64,000 nt of DNA from the NCBI GenBank assembly GCA_027623195.1, contig JAQBUT010000002.1:111193-175192 (forward strand). Direction: 5' to 3'. The stretch comes from Chloroflexota bacterium. Lineage in GTDB: Bacteria > Chloroflexota > Dehalococcoidia > Lucifugimonadales > JADFKI01. The notes under the pieces were generated by a model. The model had not been told where the DNA came from. It saw only the letters and a program-made list of their open reading frames with translations, and ran no database searches. A program made the position numbers and the translations under genes. Each line of letters begins with the position of its first letter. Position 1 is the first letter of the stretch. Shown piece by piece: positions 19,351 to 30,129 of this stretch.

Positions 19351-19586
19351 GATTATTTGTTATCGCCCTTACACCGCCTTTTGACCAGCTTTCACGATCT
19401 TGCCAGTTCAGACCTCGCATAACTCGTTTCCCCTTCATTTACTAGCATCCCTATAGCCGCATGCCCAAATCTGTTGACCTGGTGAATCCTGGGCTGTATC
19501 GTCAGGCTTGAGTTTCGGTGTATCCAGGCCATCTTTCGAGATATCCGTATGGGGAAGCCCGAAACTCAAGAAAATGGAGACGACAG

Positions 19587-20720
19587 ATGCTACCAGAGTA
19601 TATAAGGGAATCAGTTACGTATGGCCTGTTTTTCGCTGCGGGCATCATCGTGTTTTTTGTGGTGCTTGCGGCCACCACCAATGCGGTGATGAGGATTCTT
19701 GCCCGTCGATACGGCCGCACTCACCCAGACTCACTGGGCGTAGAGGTCATCAGGATACTGCGAGGACCGCTGGAGCTGTTCTTCGTTCTTGCGGGCGTGT
19801 TCCTGGGGTTCGTGTCGCTCACACAGCAGACCCATGAGGTCTTTGCCACCATTAGTTTGGTTGGACCGTTTACAACTACCGGGGCGTTGGTCGGGTTTGT
19901 GCTCATCCTGACTTACGTGCTGGAACGGGTCGCGTTTATGGCCCTGACCTGGTACCTGCGAAACTATGCTCACAGGACTGAGACGACAATAGATGATCGC
20001 ATCGGTGTACTACTAAGGCGGCTAATGCCAGTAGTCATGTATGCGGTCGGTGGGCTAATAGCCCTGGAAGTGGCAGGGATATCCATTAGCCCACTTCTTG
20101 CTGGCCTGGGTATCGTCGGTCTGGCTGTGGCCTTGGCCTTGCAGCCTACGCTGGGAAATTTCTTCGCCGGTACCTATGTGATGAGTGAGGGCGAGTTGCA
20201 TGAGGGGAATTACATCGAGCTGGAGGGCGGTCCGGCAGGTTTTGTTGTGGAAATAGGGTGGCGTAGCACGAAGATTCGCAGCGTTCAGAACAACCTTGTG
20301 ATCATACCCAATGCCACTATGGCTGACAGCATTATCACCAATTACTTCAGTCCAACTCCCGTATTGACCACAATTGTCGAGTGCGGTGTAAGCTATGAGT
20401 CGGACCTTCAAGAGGTGGAGAATATAGTTTTGGAAATCGCCAGGGATGAGGTGGCCCGGTCAGAAGTCGGCTACGAAGCCTTCGAGCCACTAATGCGGTA
20501 CGCAGAATTTGGCGATTCCAATGTGAACTTCAGGCTCATCTTCCAGGCTACGGACCGAGGAGGCAGCTTTGCTATCAAGCACGAAATCATGAAGCGAATC
20601 CACGCGCGATTCGTCAAAGAGGGCATTGAGATAAACTACCCGGTGCGCAAGTTGTTACTGCCCACTGCGGACGGTCGAGAGGACTTGCCATTCCATGTAA
20701 AGGTTCACAGCGGGGTTTAA
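19587..20720 (+). CDS. MscS family mechanosensitive ion channel
   Basis: Multiple TM helices, LLAGLGIVGLAVALALQPTLGNFFAG, IGWRSTKIR, IIPN, GVSYESDL, GIEINYP. Confidence 0.93.
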   Translation: MLPEYIRESVTYGLFFAAGIIVFFVVLAATTNAVMRILARRYGRTHPDSLGVEVIRILRGPLELFFVLAGVFLGFVSLTQQTHEVFATISLVGPFTTTGALVGFVLILTYVLERVAFMALTWYLRNYAHRTETTIDDRIGVLLRRLMPVVMYAVGGLIALEVAGISISPLLAGLGIVGLAVALALQPTLGNFFAGTYVMSEGELHEGNYIELEGGPAGFVVEIGWRSTKIRSVQNNLVIIPNATMADSIITNYFSPTPVLTTIVECGVSYESDLQEVENIVLEIARDEVARSEVGYEAFEPLMRYAEFGDSNVNFRLIFQATDRGGSFAIKHEIMKRIHARFVKEGIEINYPVRKLLLPTADGREDLPFHVKVHSGV

Positions 20721-20759
20721 TCGAAAAGGCCGTTCAAAGTAACAGGCCTAAGGACATGC

Positions 20760-20799
20760 AAAAGGCCCACGCTGACATCCAGCGTGGGCCTTTTATTTT
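20760..20799. terminator. Bidirectional rho-independent terminator
   Basis: AAAAGGCCCACGCTG-acatc-CAGCGTGGGCCTTTT between convergent genes. Confidence 0.9.
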
Positions 20800-20871
20800 G
20801 GCTAGTGCCGGCCAACTAAACGGGCCGCCATTGTTGCCCTATTGCCAGCTATCCAAGAATATCCAAAAGGA

Positions 20872-21348
20872 CTATCCGCCGTAGAACCAGCCGGTCCCCC
20901 ACATCTCCAGGGGCTTATCCTCGCGACGGTGCTCGGCGGCAATGACCTCGCCCACGAAGACTGTGTGGTCGCCCATGGCCAGCTTGTCCGACACCTTGCA
21001 CTCTATGTAGGCATAAACCTCATCCAGCACAGGCGCGCCGGTAGTTCCCGGCCTGAAGGCGTGTCCGTTAATTAGTTCGCCCTCGACGGTGGTAGGCCTG
21101 AAGAAGTCCTCGGCAAACTGCTTCTGCGACTCGGACAGGAAGTTCACGGCAAAGGTGCCGGACTTCTCCACGGCAGAGTGCAGTCCGCTGTCGGCCTTGG
21201 CGGCGACCATTACCAGAGGGGGGCTGAAGGATGCCTGGGAAAGCCAATTTACTGTGCCCGCGCCTACCTCGTCTCCAGATGCGGAACTCATCACGTAGAG
21301 GCCGTACGTAATCTGGCGTAATGTCTGTTTTTTGATATCAGGATCCAC
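20872..21348 (-). CDS. Flavin reductase family protein
   Basis: ITYGLYVM, SQASFSPPLV, FAVNFL, GAPVL, GDHTVFVGEV. GTG start with AAAGGAG RBS. Confidence 0.92.
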   Translation of the reverse strand: MDPDIKKQTLRQITYGLYVMSSASGDEVGAGTVNWLSQASFSPPLVMVAAKADSGLHSAVEKSGTFAVNFLSESQKQFAEDFFRPTTVEGELINGHAFRPGTTGAPVLDEVYAYIECKVSDKLAMGDHTVFVGEVIAAEHRREDKPLEMWGTGWFYGG

Positions 21349-21428
21349 GGTTACTCCTTTCGGCAGGTTTGCGCATAGCATACCGATATTCGCGCTCGTT
21401 GCCAACCTGCCGAAAGAGAAAGCCGATT

Positions 21429-22418
21429 CTACAGTACGTGGTAGAGCAGCAGATGGTCTCGCAGCACATCCGTGGCGAAGTCGTTCATGACGTAGCGCCA
21501 TACCGAGTGGATGTGGTTAGCGCCGTTCTGGCGGTTGTCGTACTCGATTACAAAATCGCCGCCGTGAATGCGATAGTAGTGAGGCTCTCCCGCCTTGGCC
21601 GGCCCGCCCCAGGCAAGGTACAACGCATCCAGGCCGCCATCCTTGAGGGAGTCCAGTCTTTCCTGTGACACATCTGCCCGCACCGAGTTAGTGTATTCCG
21701 CAACCAGCGATGTCAGTATCTCCCGCTGCGTAGCGTTCATCTTTGTGGCTTGCAGCCCCTGCTCATATGGCATGGAGGCTCGGGCAGCGCTGAAGGTAAG
21801 CACGTCTGGGGGCGCCTTGTCGAAGATGGTGGCCGTACTTCTTTGGCCCGCGTCCAAGTTGTTCATTAGCTCGATGGCCAGGTCTTCCCTGGGACCCAAA
21901 ACTCGTAGGCCGGTATGTGGACCTTTGCGGACTTCGGCTGGGTTGATGCCCAGGAACAGAGGCGTAACGGAGATCACCTTGTCGTTCCATATGCTGAAGT
22001 GCATGGACACATGGTGGCCCTCAACTCGCCAGCCCCATGGGTCGCTTCCGCCTGGTTCCCCGAAGATAGTGAAAAAGTAAAGCGTGGTATCCCTTGGCCA
22101 GGTAACAGCGTTTAGTTCTACCTCGAGCGGTCCTAAGATGGCCTCGTGCTCGATGATCTGAGTAGCAACCTTATAGCCGGAATCCGTTAGACCCGTCGCC
22201 ATGACGGCGTTTGCCAGCTTGCGTTGCTCATCAGTCATGTCTCGCAGCGGCAGCCCGTGCCTGTTTATAGGTGCGAAGTACCAGAAGACACGCTCAGCGT
22301 CCAGGTAGGGATAGGTGGCCCGTTCTTTCTGCCCGGCATCCAGGCTTTCCAGCAGCCTGTTGCAAGCCTCTGACATTTCGGCGGCGGCCTTCGCGTGTGG
22401 GGCTGTAATTGTAGCCAT
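21429..22418 (-). CDS. DUF3500 domain protein
   Basis: YFFTIFGEP, WGWRVEGHHVS, YYRIHG..FVIEYDN...NHIHSVWR...NDF. Confidence 0.9.
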   Translation of the reverse strand: MATITAPHAKAAAEMSEACNRLLESLDAGQKERATYPYLDAERVFWYFAPINRHGLPLRDMTDEQRKLANAVMATGLTDSGYKVATQIIEHEAILGPLEVELNAVTWPRDTTLYFFTIFGEPGGSDPWGWRVEGHHVSMHFSIWNDKVISVTPLFLGINPAEVRKGPHTGLRVLGPREDLAIELMNNLDAGQRSTATIFDKAPPDVLTFSAARASMPYEQGLQATKMNATQREILTSLVAEYTNSVRADVSQERLDSLKDGGLDALYLAWGGPAKAGEPHYYRIHGGDFVIEYDNRQNGANHIHSVWRYVMNDFATDVLRDHLLLYHVL

Positions 22419-22682
22419 ATCGTGTGTCTCCTCCTATTTGTGTTGCATCCGTTTCGAACGAGAGCCTTTCAAGGCATCCAAGCTGGCGGACTTTTGGCTA
22501 ATGCAGCTTAGATACTCAGGTCTAGCAGCTTGGACATCACCTCATTTGGTGAATGACAATGCCAGCCAATGAGGCGAATTGGAGAATAATAGGGCAACTA
22601 TATCTTGCTTAGGAGGTGTTGTCAGGACGCATTTTGGCTGTAGCCATGAGGATTCCGTGAGGATTTGCGGAAAGGCGGGGTT

Positions 22683-23702
22683 TTAGTGACGGACGACGAC
22701 CCGCAAGACCTGAGCCTGCTCCTCGTCCGTTGCCCGGAAGGCTTCGGCGGCGTCGGCCATATCGTACTCGCGAGTGAGCAGAGGGGCCAAGTCTATCTGG
22801 TCGGACGTTACCAGGTTTACAGTCCTGTAGAAGTTGGCCCGCGTGGTGGCCCTGGGGAAAATCATAGTCAACTGGTTCAGATAAAGCTGTAGAAGCTGAA
22901 TGCCGTTCCAGGGCCGCGGGGATATGCCGAATCCCATCATGCGACCGCCGGGCCTGGTCATGGCTAACGCCTGGTGCATGGTCTCTGGCGTTCCAACGGC
23001 TTCGATGACGACGTTGGCGCCGTCGCCTCCGGCACCCTGACGCACCTCGGCAACGGGATCTTAATTCCTGGCGCTGATGATGATGTCCGCTCCGAATTTG
23101 TCCACTAGCTTCAGCTTCCACGGGCTGCGTCCCACGGCGATTACAGGGTACGCTCCGGCTAGCTTGGAAAGCCGCACGTGTATTAGGCCAGTGCCGCCCA
23201 GTCCCAAAACAACGGCGGATTCGGAGGGCTGGATGTCTACCAGCAATTGGGCATGAACGGCGGTGCTAAGCGGCTGAATCAGCGCGCCCAGGCCGAATGG
23301 CATATCGTTGGGAATTCGGAACGAATGCGTGTCAGGCATGATAAGGAACTGACTCATGGTGCCGTCGACCTCCCGGCCTAGCAACTGAATGCTTTGGCAG
23401 AGGTTCTCCTTGCCCAGTATGCAGCGCTCGCACGACCAGCAGTTGAGGTTGGGGTTGAAAACTACATGGTCGCCAAGGGCCAGAGCGTTCACACCCTCAC
23501 CAATTTCGCGGACAACGCCTGTGGCTTCATGGCCAGGAACCCTGGGATATGCCACTGGCGTGTCACCTGAGTAAATGTGGACGTCGGTACCACACAGGGC
23601 CGTCGCCTTTACCTCGACTAGCACCTCGCCCACACCAGGTTTAGGCTCAGCGGCCTCGGTTATTTTGATATCTTTGGGTCCCTGTAGCTCTACCTGTCTC
23701 AA
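22683..23702 (-). pseudogene. Zn-dependent alcohol/sugar dehydrogenase (MDR family) interrupted by one in-frame TAA at 23061-23063
   Basis: CGTD, GHE, C-x2-C-x2-C-x7-C and GLGGTG in the first ORF. The frame continues through TAA as DPVAEVRQGAGGDGANVVIEAVG...LRVVVRH. 340 codons in total. Confidence 0.85.
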
Positions 23703-23726
23703 TTGACTATCTCCATCTGATTACGT

Positions 23727-24806
23727 TTATCGAAGATTCGGAACTACCTCTCCGGCAAACAGTCGGATGGATTTCTGCACCAAGTGCTGGTCGATTCTAC
23801 CGCCCACGTTGGATTCCATGATGAAACCTTCCAGCTCCAGCTCATCGCGCAGCTGCTGCAAGCGGCTGGTCACTGCGGCAGGGTCGCCGAAGGCAAATCT
23901 GTCCCTCAAAAGATCTTCATACGTGATAGTGGCCAGACTCCGGGATCTTTCAGCTCGCTCCTCACCTGCGGCGGCGGCCTCTTTGCCAATGTCGCCGGTG
24001 AAGGCTCGTTGCAGCCTGGCGTAGGCGTGCGTGGCGCTTTCTTCTGGCTCGGCCAGGGCTTTTTCCTTTGAATCCGCAACGTAAATCGGGATTCGCAGAA
24101 TAACCTGACCTTTTCCTGGGTATCCGGCGTCGTCCCAGGCCTTACGATAGTCCTGTATTGCCTCCGCCAAGTCGGGCACCGTCATGCCTCGCAGCCCAAC
24201 CAGTATGTTCAGTCCCATCTCGCCATATAGCGCGAAGGACTCCCTGGTTGTTGCGGCAGACCACAATGGTGGGTGCGGCGTCTGGAACGTCTTGGGAATG
24301 ACACAGACATCATTGAATGAGTACACGTCGCCTTCGTAAGAAAACTCTTCTTGTGTCCAGGCGAGCCTCATGACGTTTAGGTATTCGAGGAACCGTGCTC
24401 GGCTTTCGTCGTAGGGGACGTCGTAGCCCTCGTAAACCCTGGTGAATCCGCTGCGACCAACACCCAGGTCCAGTCGTCCCTCACTGATGTTGTCCAGGGT
24501 GGCCACCTCTTCCGCCATGCGGATGGGATGCCCCAGAGGAAGTACCAGAACGCCAATGCCTATGCGAAGATGGCTAGTCCGCCCTGCTATGGCTGTGGCG
24601 AGAATGAGGGGTGCGGATACGATGGAGGGAACTCCACCGCTGCGGTTGGGCGTAGCAAAATGGCGCTCTGCTAGCCACACCGTGGTGAAGCCCTGTTCCT
24701 CGGCAAGGCTAGCAGTAGAAAAAGCTTCATCGAATGCCTCGGACTGACTAAGGCCGTACCTGTAGTCGCATTCCATGCTTAGCCCGATGTGCAATGTGCT
24801 GCTCAT
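23727..24806 (-). CDS. LLM class flavin-dependent oxidoreductase
   Basis: WLAERHF, HPIRMAEEVATLDNISEGRLDLGVGRSG, PHPPLW. Confidence 0.93.
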   Translation of the reverse strand: MSSTLHIGLSMECDYRYGLSQSEAFDEAFSTASLAEEQGFTTVWLAERHFATPNRSGGVPSIVSAPLILATAIAGRTSHLRIGIGVLVLPLGHPIRMAEEVATLDNISEGRLDLGVGRSGFTRVYEGYDVPYDESRARFLEYLNVMRLAWTQEEFSYEGDVYSFNDVCVIPKTFQTPHPPLWSAATTRESFALYGEMGLNILVGLRGMTVPDLAEAIQDYRKAWDDAGYPGKGQVILRIPIYVADSKEKALAEPEESATHAYARLQRAFTGDIGKEAAAAGEERAERSRSLATITYEDLLRDRFAFGDPAAVTSRLQQLRDELELEGFIMESNVGGRIDQHLVQKSIRLFAGEVVPNLR

Positions 24807-24893
24807 GGCATTTTCCGCCTCAAGTATATCTAGTCGGCGGTATCTTATATGCACCTCATATATTTATGCAAAGGGCCAATATGCAGATTGGCC

Positions 24894-25787
24894 TTACATC
24901 ATGCCTGAGATTAGCTTCTTGGCTTGTGCCTCGGAAATTCCTAGCTTGCGATGAGCCATGGGGCCGCCCTTATCAAGGACTGGCTCGGCCTCGTCAAGGC
25001 TAGGGTTGCCTTTGACCTGGTAGAAGACGCCGATGTAAATGTCGTCGCCCCAGACCATTGCCTTTTCGCAGGCCTGCTTCCAGTCGGTGACATCATGTTC
25101 CATGTCCTCGAGCTTGGAAACCCGCTGGCGGAAGAATTGAGCGGTGTTGTCTCGGTTGAAAGTTACGCAGGGACTCATGACATCAATCAGAGCAAATCCC
25201 TTGTGCTGAATTGCCTGCTTCATAAGCTCAGCCAGGTGTCGGGGATCGCCGCTGAAGCCGCGAGCGACGAAGGTAGCGCCGTTCATTACTGCGGCAGTGA
25301 GCGGGTTCAGGGTTGGTTCTATGTTCCCAAACGGCGTGCTCTTGGTCTTCATGTCCATGGAGCTAGTAGGAGATACCTGCCCCGTCGTCAGACCGTAGAT
25401 CTGGTTGTTCATTACGATATAGGTAAGGTCCATGTTGCGGCGTGCCGTGTGGGTAAAGTGGTTGCCGCCAATGCCGTAACCGTCGCCGTCGCCACCTGTC
25501 ACGATGACGTTAAGCTCGTGATTTGCCATCTTAGCGCCTGTGGCTACTGCCAGGGACCGGCCGTGCAGCGTGTGCATGCCGAAGGAGTTGAAATAGCCAG
25601 GGAAGTTGGACGAGCAGCCAATCCCACTAACCGTAAGAATCTCGTGGGGAGGTATGGCTAGGTCGGCGCAGGCCCTTTGCAGGGCGTTTAGCACGCCGAA
25701 ATCACCACAGCCCGGACACCAGTCTGGCTCCGCGGGGCCTTTGTAGTCTCGGGCAGTTAATTCAATTGTGGGTGTAGCTGCGCACAT
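24894..25787 (-). CDS. korB: 2-oxoacid:ferredoxin oxidoreductase beta subunit
   Basis: WCPGCGDF, SGIGCSS, HTLHGR, GGDGD, NNQIYGLTTGQ, SPCVTFN. Confidence 0.93.
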   Translation of the reverse strand: MCAATPTIELTARDYKGPAEPDWCPGCGDFGVLNALQRACADLAIPPHEILTVSGIGCSSNFPGYFNSFGMHTLHGRSLAVATGAKMANHELNVIVTGGDGDGYGIGGNHFTHTARRNMDLTYIVMNNQIYGLTTGQVSPTSSMDMKTKSTPFGNIEPTLNPLTAAVMNGATFVARGFSGDPRHLAELMKQAIQHKGFALIDVMSPCVTFNRDNTAQFFRQRVSKLEDMEHDVTDWKQACEKAMVWGDDIYIGVFYQVKGNPSLDEAEPVLDKGGPMAHRKLGISEAQAKKLISGMM

Positions 25788-25799
25788 AGTTTGACCTCA

Positions 25800-27593
25800 C
25801 TAAACCATTATTTCGTGGACTGGAACAAAGACGTCTGTCTTGCCCGCCAGAATCTCTTGCACGCCCTCAACGATGTGATGGGGCATAAAGGGCTCGCCGT
25901 CGTACTTGCGAATGTGCCCGTCGACGGTAACGCCGGTCTCGCCACGCATGTATCGGTGGAACTGGCCGGAGTGATTGTTCTCTACAATTATTGTCTTCTT
26001 CGCATTGGATACGACTTCTGAGATAGCGTCGCCGTGGAAAGGAACAATCCATTTTACAGGAAGGTAGTTAGCCGTCACTCCCTTATCCTTCAACTGCCCC
26101 AAGGCTTCTGTAATCGCCCCGTATGTGGATCCCCAACCGATCAGAGTCACGTCCGCGTTAGCGGGACCTTCCAGCTTTGGTGCCGCCACAACGGCGGCCA
26201 GATTCTGGAACTTGCGGTCTCGTTTTTCCACCATCGCTCGCCGCTTGATTGGATTGGTGAACTCATCGCTGATGAGGATGGAGTTTTCATCGTGCTCATC
26301 GGTGGCGACCACGTGGGCGTAGCCCTCGACACCCGGCAAGGCTCGAGCAGAGATGCCGGTATCAGTGTTCCTGTACCGCCAATAATCCTCGGTACTGTTG
26401 CTGGTGCCATTGTCCGTTGTTATCAAGTCACCCCTGTCTATCTCGGGATGCATGTTAATCTCATCGGGGTCGAAGCTGAAACGACCTTCACCAATGAGTA
26501 GGTCGGTAAGCACGATAGCCGGGCACTGGTACTTGTCTGTAAGGTTGAATACCTCGGCCATTGTGTTGAAAGAATCTTGAGCATGTAGTGGTGCAACAAT
26601 GAAGCGTTGGAAGTCGCCCTGGCTGGCGCCTAGAGCCTGCCAAAGGTCGCCCTGCTCCGTCTTGGTTGGCACGCCTGTAGATGGGCCAGCCCTCTGTACG
26701 TCGATGAATACGACTGGAATCTCCATCATGCTGGCAGCACCAATGGCCTCAGTCATAAGGGCGAAACCGCCGCCGGAGGTCGCGCACATGGTCCTGCAGC
26801 CTACGTGGGCCGCCCCGATGGCCATGTTGGCCACACCGATCTCGTCTTCCACCTGTCGGACCATGATGTCCAGGTCTCGGGCGTTTTGGGCCATCCAGTG
26901 CAACACACCCGTGGAAGGGCTCATGGGGTAGGCGCAGTAGAACTTCACCCCCGCCGCCGCGCCACCCATGGCAACGGCATCGTTGCCCGCCCAGACGGCC
27001 AGAGGCTTGGGCCCATTGCCCAGTTTGGCCTCGAACGCCTGGAAGTTGTCGGTTGCGTAGTCGAAGCCAATTTTGGCGACGCTCACGTTTTGGTCGATGA
27101 CTTCCTGGCCCTGCCTCTGGAAGCGCAATGTCAGCGCTTCTTGTAGGTCGTCGAAGGATAGCCCGATAAGGGAAGCCGTCGCACCAATGGCAACTGTGTT
27201 CTGTACAAGGGGGTTGCGCCCGGCATTGGTAAGCTCATCCACTGGTATGGGGCAAAGCTGTGCGCCCGCAGGGGCGTTGTGGGGATTCACCAGATCGCTG
27301 TTGTAGATTACTCGTGTATTGGGGCCCATTAATTTCAGGTGACGGTTCATCGTGTCCTGGTTTAGACAGAGAAGAAGGTCCAGCTTGTCACCATGGTTGT
27401 AGATGGGATTCTCGCTAACCCGCATGGTAAGGAATATATGCCCGCCACGTACTATGGACTGGAAAGCGTTATATGTATAAAGGTGAAGTCCGCGTCGGAC
27501 AAACACCCGAGCGAGGATATCGCCAGGCGTCGCTATGCCCTGCCCTGCGGAACCACCAATGGCGAGAGCAAAATCATACCCTCCCGAACTCAT
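25800..27593 (-). CDS. korA: 2-oxoacid:ferredoxin oxidoreductase alpha subunit (gamma-alpha fusion)
   Basis: GSAGQG, YPMSPST, QVEDEI, ATSGGGFALM, QRAGPSTGVPTKTEQGD. ATG 7 nt after GAGGAG. Confidence 0.93.
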   Translation of the reverse strand: MSSGGYDFALAIGGSAGQGIATPGDILARVFVRRGLHLYTYNAFQSIVRGGHIFLTMRVSENPIYNHGDKLDLLLCLNQDTMNRHLKLMGPNTRVIYNSDLVNPHNAPAGAQLCPIPVDELTNAGRNPLVQNTVAIGATASLIGLSFDDLQEALTLRFQRQGQEVIDQNVSVAKIGFDYATDNFQAFEAKLGNGPKPLAVWAGNDAVAMGGAAAGVKFYCAYPMSPSTGVLHWMAQNARDLDIMVRQVEDEIGVANMAIGAAHVGCRTMCATSGGGFALMTEAIGAASMMEIPVVFIDVQRAGPSTGVPTKTEQGDLWQALGASQGDFQRFIVAPLHAQDSFNTMAEVFNLTDKYQCPAIVLTDLLIGEGRFSFDPDEINMHPEIDRGDLITTDNGTSNSTEDYWRYRNTDTGISARALPGVEGYAHVVATDEHDENSILISDEFTNPIKRRAMVEKRDRKFQNLAAVVAAPKLEGPANADVTLIGWGSTYGAITEALGQLKDKGVTANYLPVKWIVPFHGDAISEVVSNAKKTIIVENNHSGQFHRYMRGETGVTVDGHIRKYDGEPFMPHHIVEGVQEILAGKTDVFVPVHEIMV

Positions 27594-27919
27594 ACGCAAA
27601 CTCCTCTTTTGGGCCTAGTGCCTATATTGGGGCCGTAGCCCAGATTTAGGTATATTATCATGTTCACCGGCCCATGAGAACTAATTCGCCGCGCCGTAAT
27701 GGGACGGTACTGGTATGTTGGTATGCCAGATTAGATGCAGATAATTTCTTGTCGGTAGTTGAGGGTTGTCGATTGCTTATCGGCTCTCTGGGCTTGAAGA
27801 TCACTGGATAACCGTTGAATAATACCAATTCATGATATCATTCCTTCTGGCCCAATTACCGGGCTTTAGGAGCAACTAACCACACTTTCAGAGCAACACG
27901 TGGAGCAACTCAAAAAAAG

Positions 27920-29080
27920 ATGAAGATTCATGAGTACCAGGCGAAGCAAATTCTTGCCAAGTATGGCGTGCCCGTCCCCAAGGGAGGCGTAGCAGACTCC
28001 CCTGAGGGGGCAAAGAAGCTAGCGGATGACCTGGGAGGCAAGGCTGTTGTCAAGGCGCAGGTACACGCCGGTGGGCGCGGCAAGGCTGGCGGCGTGAAGC
28101 TCGTATCCTCCTCTAATGAGGCTGGTGAGTACGCCAAGTCGATTCTCGGCACTAACCTTGTTACCTTTCAGACTGGCCCTGTTGGTGTGCCGGTGCGGAA
28201 GGTCCTGGTGGAGGAGATCATCGACGTGGGCGATGAGCTTTACCTGGCCATGGTCATCGACGGTGCGGCGGAGGGTGTGGTAGCCATTGCCAGTCAAGAG
28301 GGCGGAATGGATATTGAGCAGGTCGCCGACGAGACGCCAGACAAGATTCTGCGCGTCGCCATAGACCCGGTGCTGGGGATTCAGCCGTATCAGGGAAGGC
28401 AGTTGGCTTATGGCCTAAAGGTAAAGCCCGAACTGGTCGGGCCTATTACCGCGTTGGTGGAGAGTCTCTACAAGGTATTCCAGGAAAACGACTGCTCGTT
28501 GGTGGAGATAAATCCCCTGGTCATTACTTCCGACGACCGGGTGCTGGCCGTAGACGCCAAGCTAACTATTGACGACGACGCCATGTTCCGCCACAAAGAC
28601 CTGGATGATCTGTACGATCCCGAGCAGGAGGACCCAGGCGAGGTTGAGGCGCGCAAGTTCGACATCAACTACGTCAAGCTGGACGGCACGGTGGGTTGTA
28701 TCGTGAACGGCGCGGGCCTGGCAATGGCAACCATGGACGTGGTGCTATCAGGCGGGGCCAAGCCGGCAAATTTTTTGGACATCGGTGGTGGTGCGGATGA
28801 GGACAAGGTGGCCAACGCCCTCAGAATAGTTCTTATGGACTCTGACGTTGAGCTGGTGCTTGTGAACATATTCGGCGGCATCCTCCGGTGCGACGTGGCC
28901 GCGAGGGGGCTCGTGCAGCATGGCAAGGCAGACCCGTCAGCGATGCGGCCAATGGTGGTTCGCATGTTGGGAACTAACGCCGAGGAGGGCCGCAAGACCT
29001 TGCAAGAGTCGGACCTGGACGTGACGCTTGTGGAGGATTTGGCCGGGGCCGCGGAGGCTATTCGCGCTGCTACTAGCTAG
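27920..29080 (+). CDS. sucC: Succinate--CoA ligase (ADP-forming) beta subunit
   Basis: MKIHEYQAK, KAQVHAGGRGKAGGV, EINPL, NGAGLAMATMD, NFLDIGGGA, NIFGGILRCD. Confidence 0.97.
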   Translation: MKIHEYQAKQILAKYGVPVPKGGVADSPEGAKKLADDLGGKAVVKAQVHAGGRGKAGGVKLVSSSNEAGEYAKSILGTNLVTFQTGPVGVPVRKVLVEEIIDVGDELYLAMVIDGAAEGVVAIASQEGGMDIEQVADETPDKILRVAIDPVLGIQPYQGRQLAYGLKVKPELVGPITALVESLYKVFQENDCSLVEINPLVITSDDRVLAVDAKLTIDDDAMFRHKDLDDLYDPEQEDPGEVEARKFDINYVKLDGTVGCIVNGAGLAMATMDVVLSGGAKPANFLDIGGGADEDKVANALRIVLMDSDVELVLVNIFGGILRCDVAARGLVQHGKADPSAMRPMVVRMLGTNAEEGRKTLQESDLDVTLVEDLAGAAEAIRAATS

Positions 29081-29151
29081 CTACCGCCACGACAATCCGG
29101 TCCAATTGTCAGGACGGGCCCTCCAGATATTAAAAAACAAAAAGGGCGACG

Positions 29152-30027
29152 ATGGGAATTCTTGTAAACGAAAATACTAGACTGCTGGTGCAGGGGATTA
29201 CCGGACGCGAGGGCGGCTTCCACGCCATGCGGTGCAAGGAGTACGGCACCAATCTGGTGGCCGGCGTGACTCCTGGCCGAGGGGGGCAGACCTTCGACGA
29301 AAATGTGCCTGTCTTCAACACGGTGGAGGAGGCGGTCGACAAGACGCAGGCCAACTGCGTGCTGATATTCGTGCCGCCCCCTTTCGCGGCGGATGCAATA
29401 GTGGAGGCGGTTGCCGCTGGCATACCAACCATCGCCTGCATAACTGAAGGCATCCCTGTACGGGACACAATTAACGTCAAACGCTACATACGCGGCAAAT
29501 CGGTTACCTTAATCGGTCCCAACTGCCCTGGTATGATCACACCCGGCGCCAAAGCCAAGGTTGGCATTATGCCAGGCAATATACATATTCCCGGGAGAAT
29601 AGGCGTGTTGTCTCGCAGCGGCACCCTGACCTATGAAGCCGTGGGGCAGCTAACCGCCCTGGGAATTGGCCAGTCTACGTGTGTTGGCATCGGCGGAGAC
29701 CCTGTTAATGGATCGTCCTTTGTGGACATGCTGAAATTGTTCAACGCGGATCCGGACACGGACGGCGTGGTGATGATTGGCGAGATTGGCGGCACTAGAG
29801 AACAGGAAGCGGCAGAGTACATCAAAGCCGAATTCAAGAAGCCAATGGCCGCGTTTATAGCGGGTCGCAGCGCCCCTCCCGGCAAGCGGATGGGACACGC
29901 GGGTGCTGTTATCACCGGCAGGGCCGCCCGCGCTGAGGAGAAAGAGAAGGCCTTGGCTGCGGCTGGAGTGGCCATAATTCCAGGACCTGGCGATATCGGC
30001 AAGACGTTCCAGGAGGTCATAGGCTGA
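29152..30027 (+). CDS. sucD: Succinate--CoA ligase alpha subunit
   Basis: [34 protein letters not shown] (phospho-His). Confidence 0.97.
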   Translation: MGILVNENTRLLVQGITGREGGFHAMRCKEYGTNLVAGVTPGRGGQTFDENVPVFNTVEEAVDKTQANCVLIFVPPPFAADAIVEAVAAGIPTIACITEGIPVRDTINVKRYIRGKSVTLIGPNCPGMITPGAKAKVGIMPGNIHIPGRIGVLSRSGTLTYEAVGQLTALGIGQSTCVGIGGDPVNGSSFVDMLKLFNADPDTDGVVMIGEIGGTREQEAAEYIKAEFKKPMAAFIAGRSAPPGKRMGHAGAVITGRAARAEEKEKALAAAGVAIIPGPGDIGKTFQEVIG

Positions 30028-30070
30028 CTCTCGTTGCCTGATGACCCAAACACTCGGCTAAATCGAAATT

Positions 30071-30108
30071 AAAAAAGGCGGGCGCCTCTAAGGGTCGCCC
30101 GCCTTTTT
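30071..30108. terminator. Bidirectional rho-independent terminator
   Basis: AAAAAAGGCGGGCG...CGCCCGCCTTTTT between sucD and a convergent gene. Confidence 0.9.
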
Positions 30109-30129
30109 GCTAATAATGGACTAGCTGGC

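Noticed and set aside
19263..19586. tRNA-Ser as an integration site for a genomic island
   Set aside because: No adjacent integrase, and I saw no duplicated tRNA 3' end in the window.
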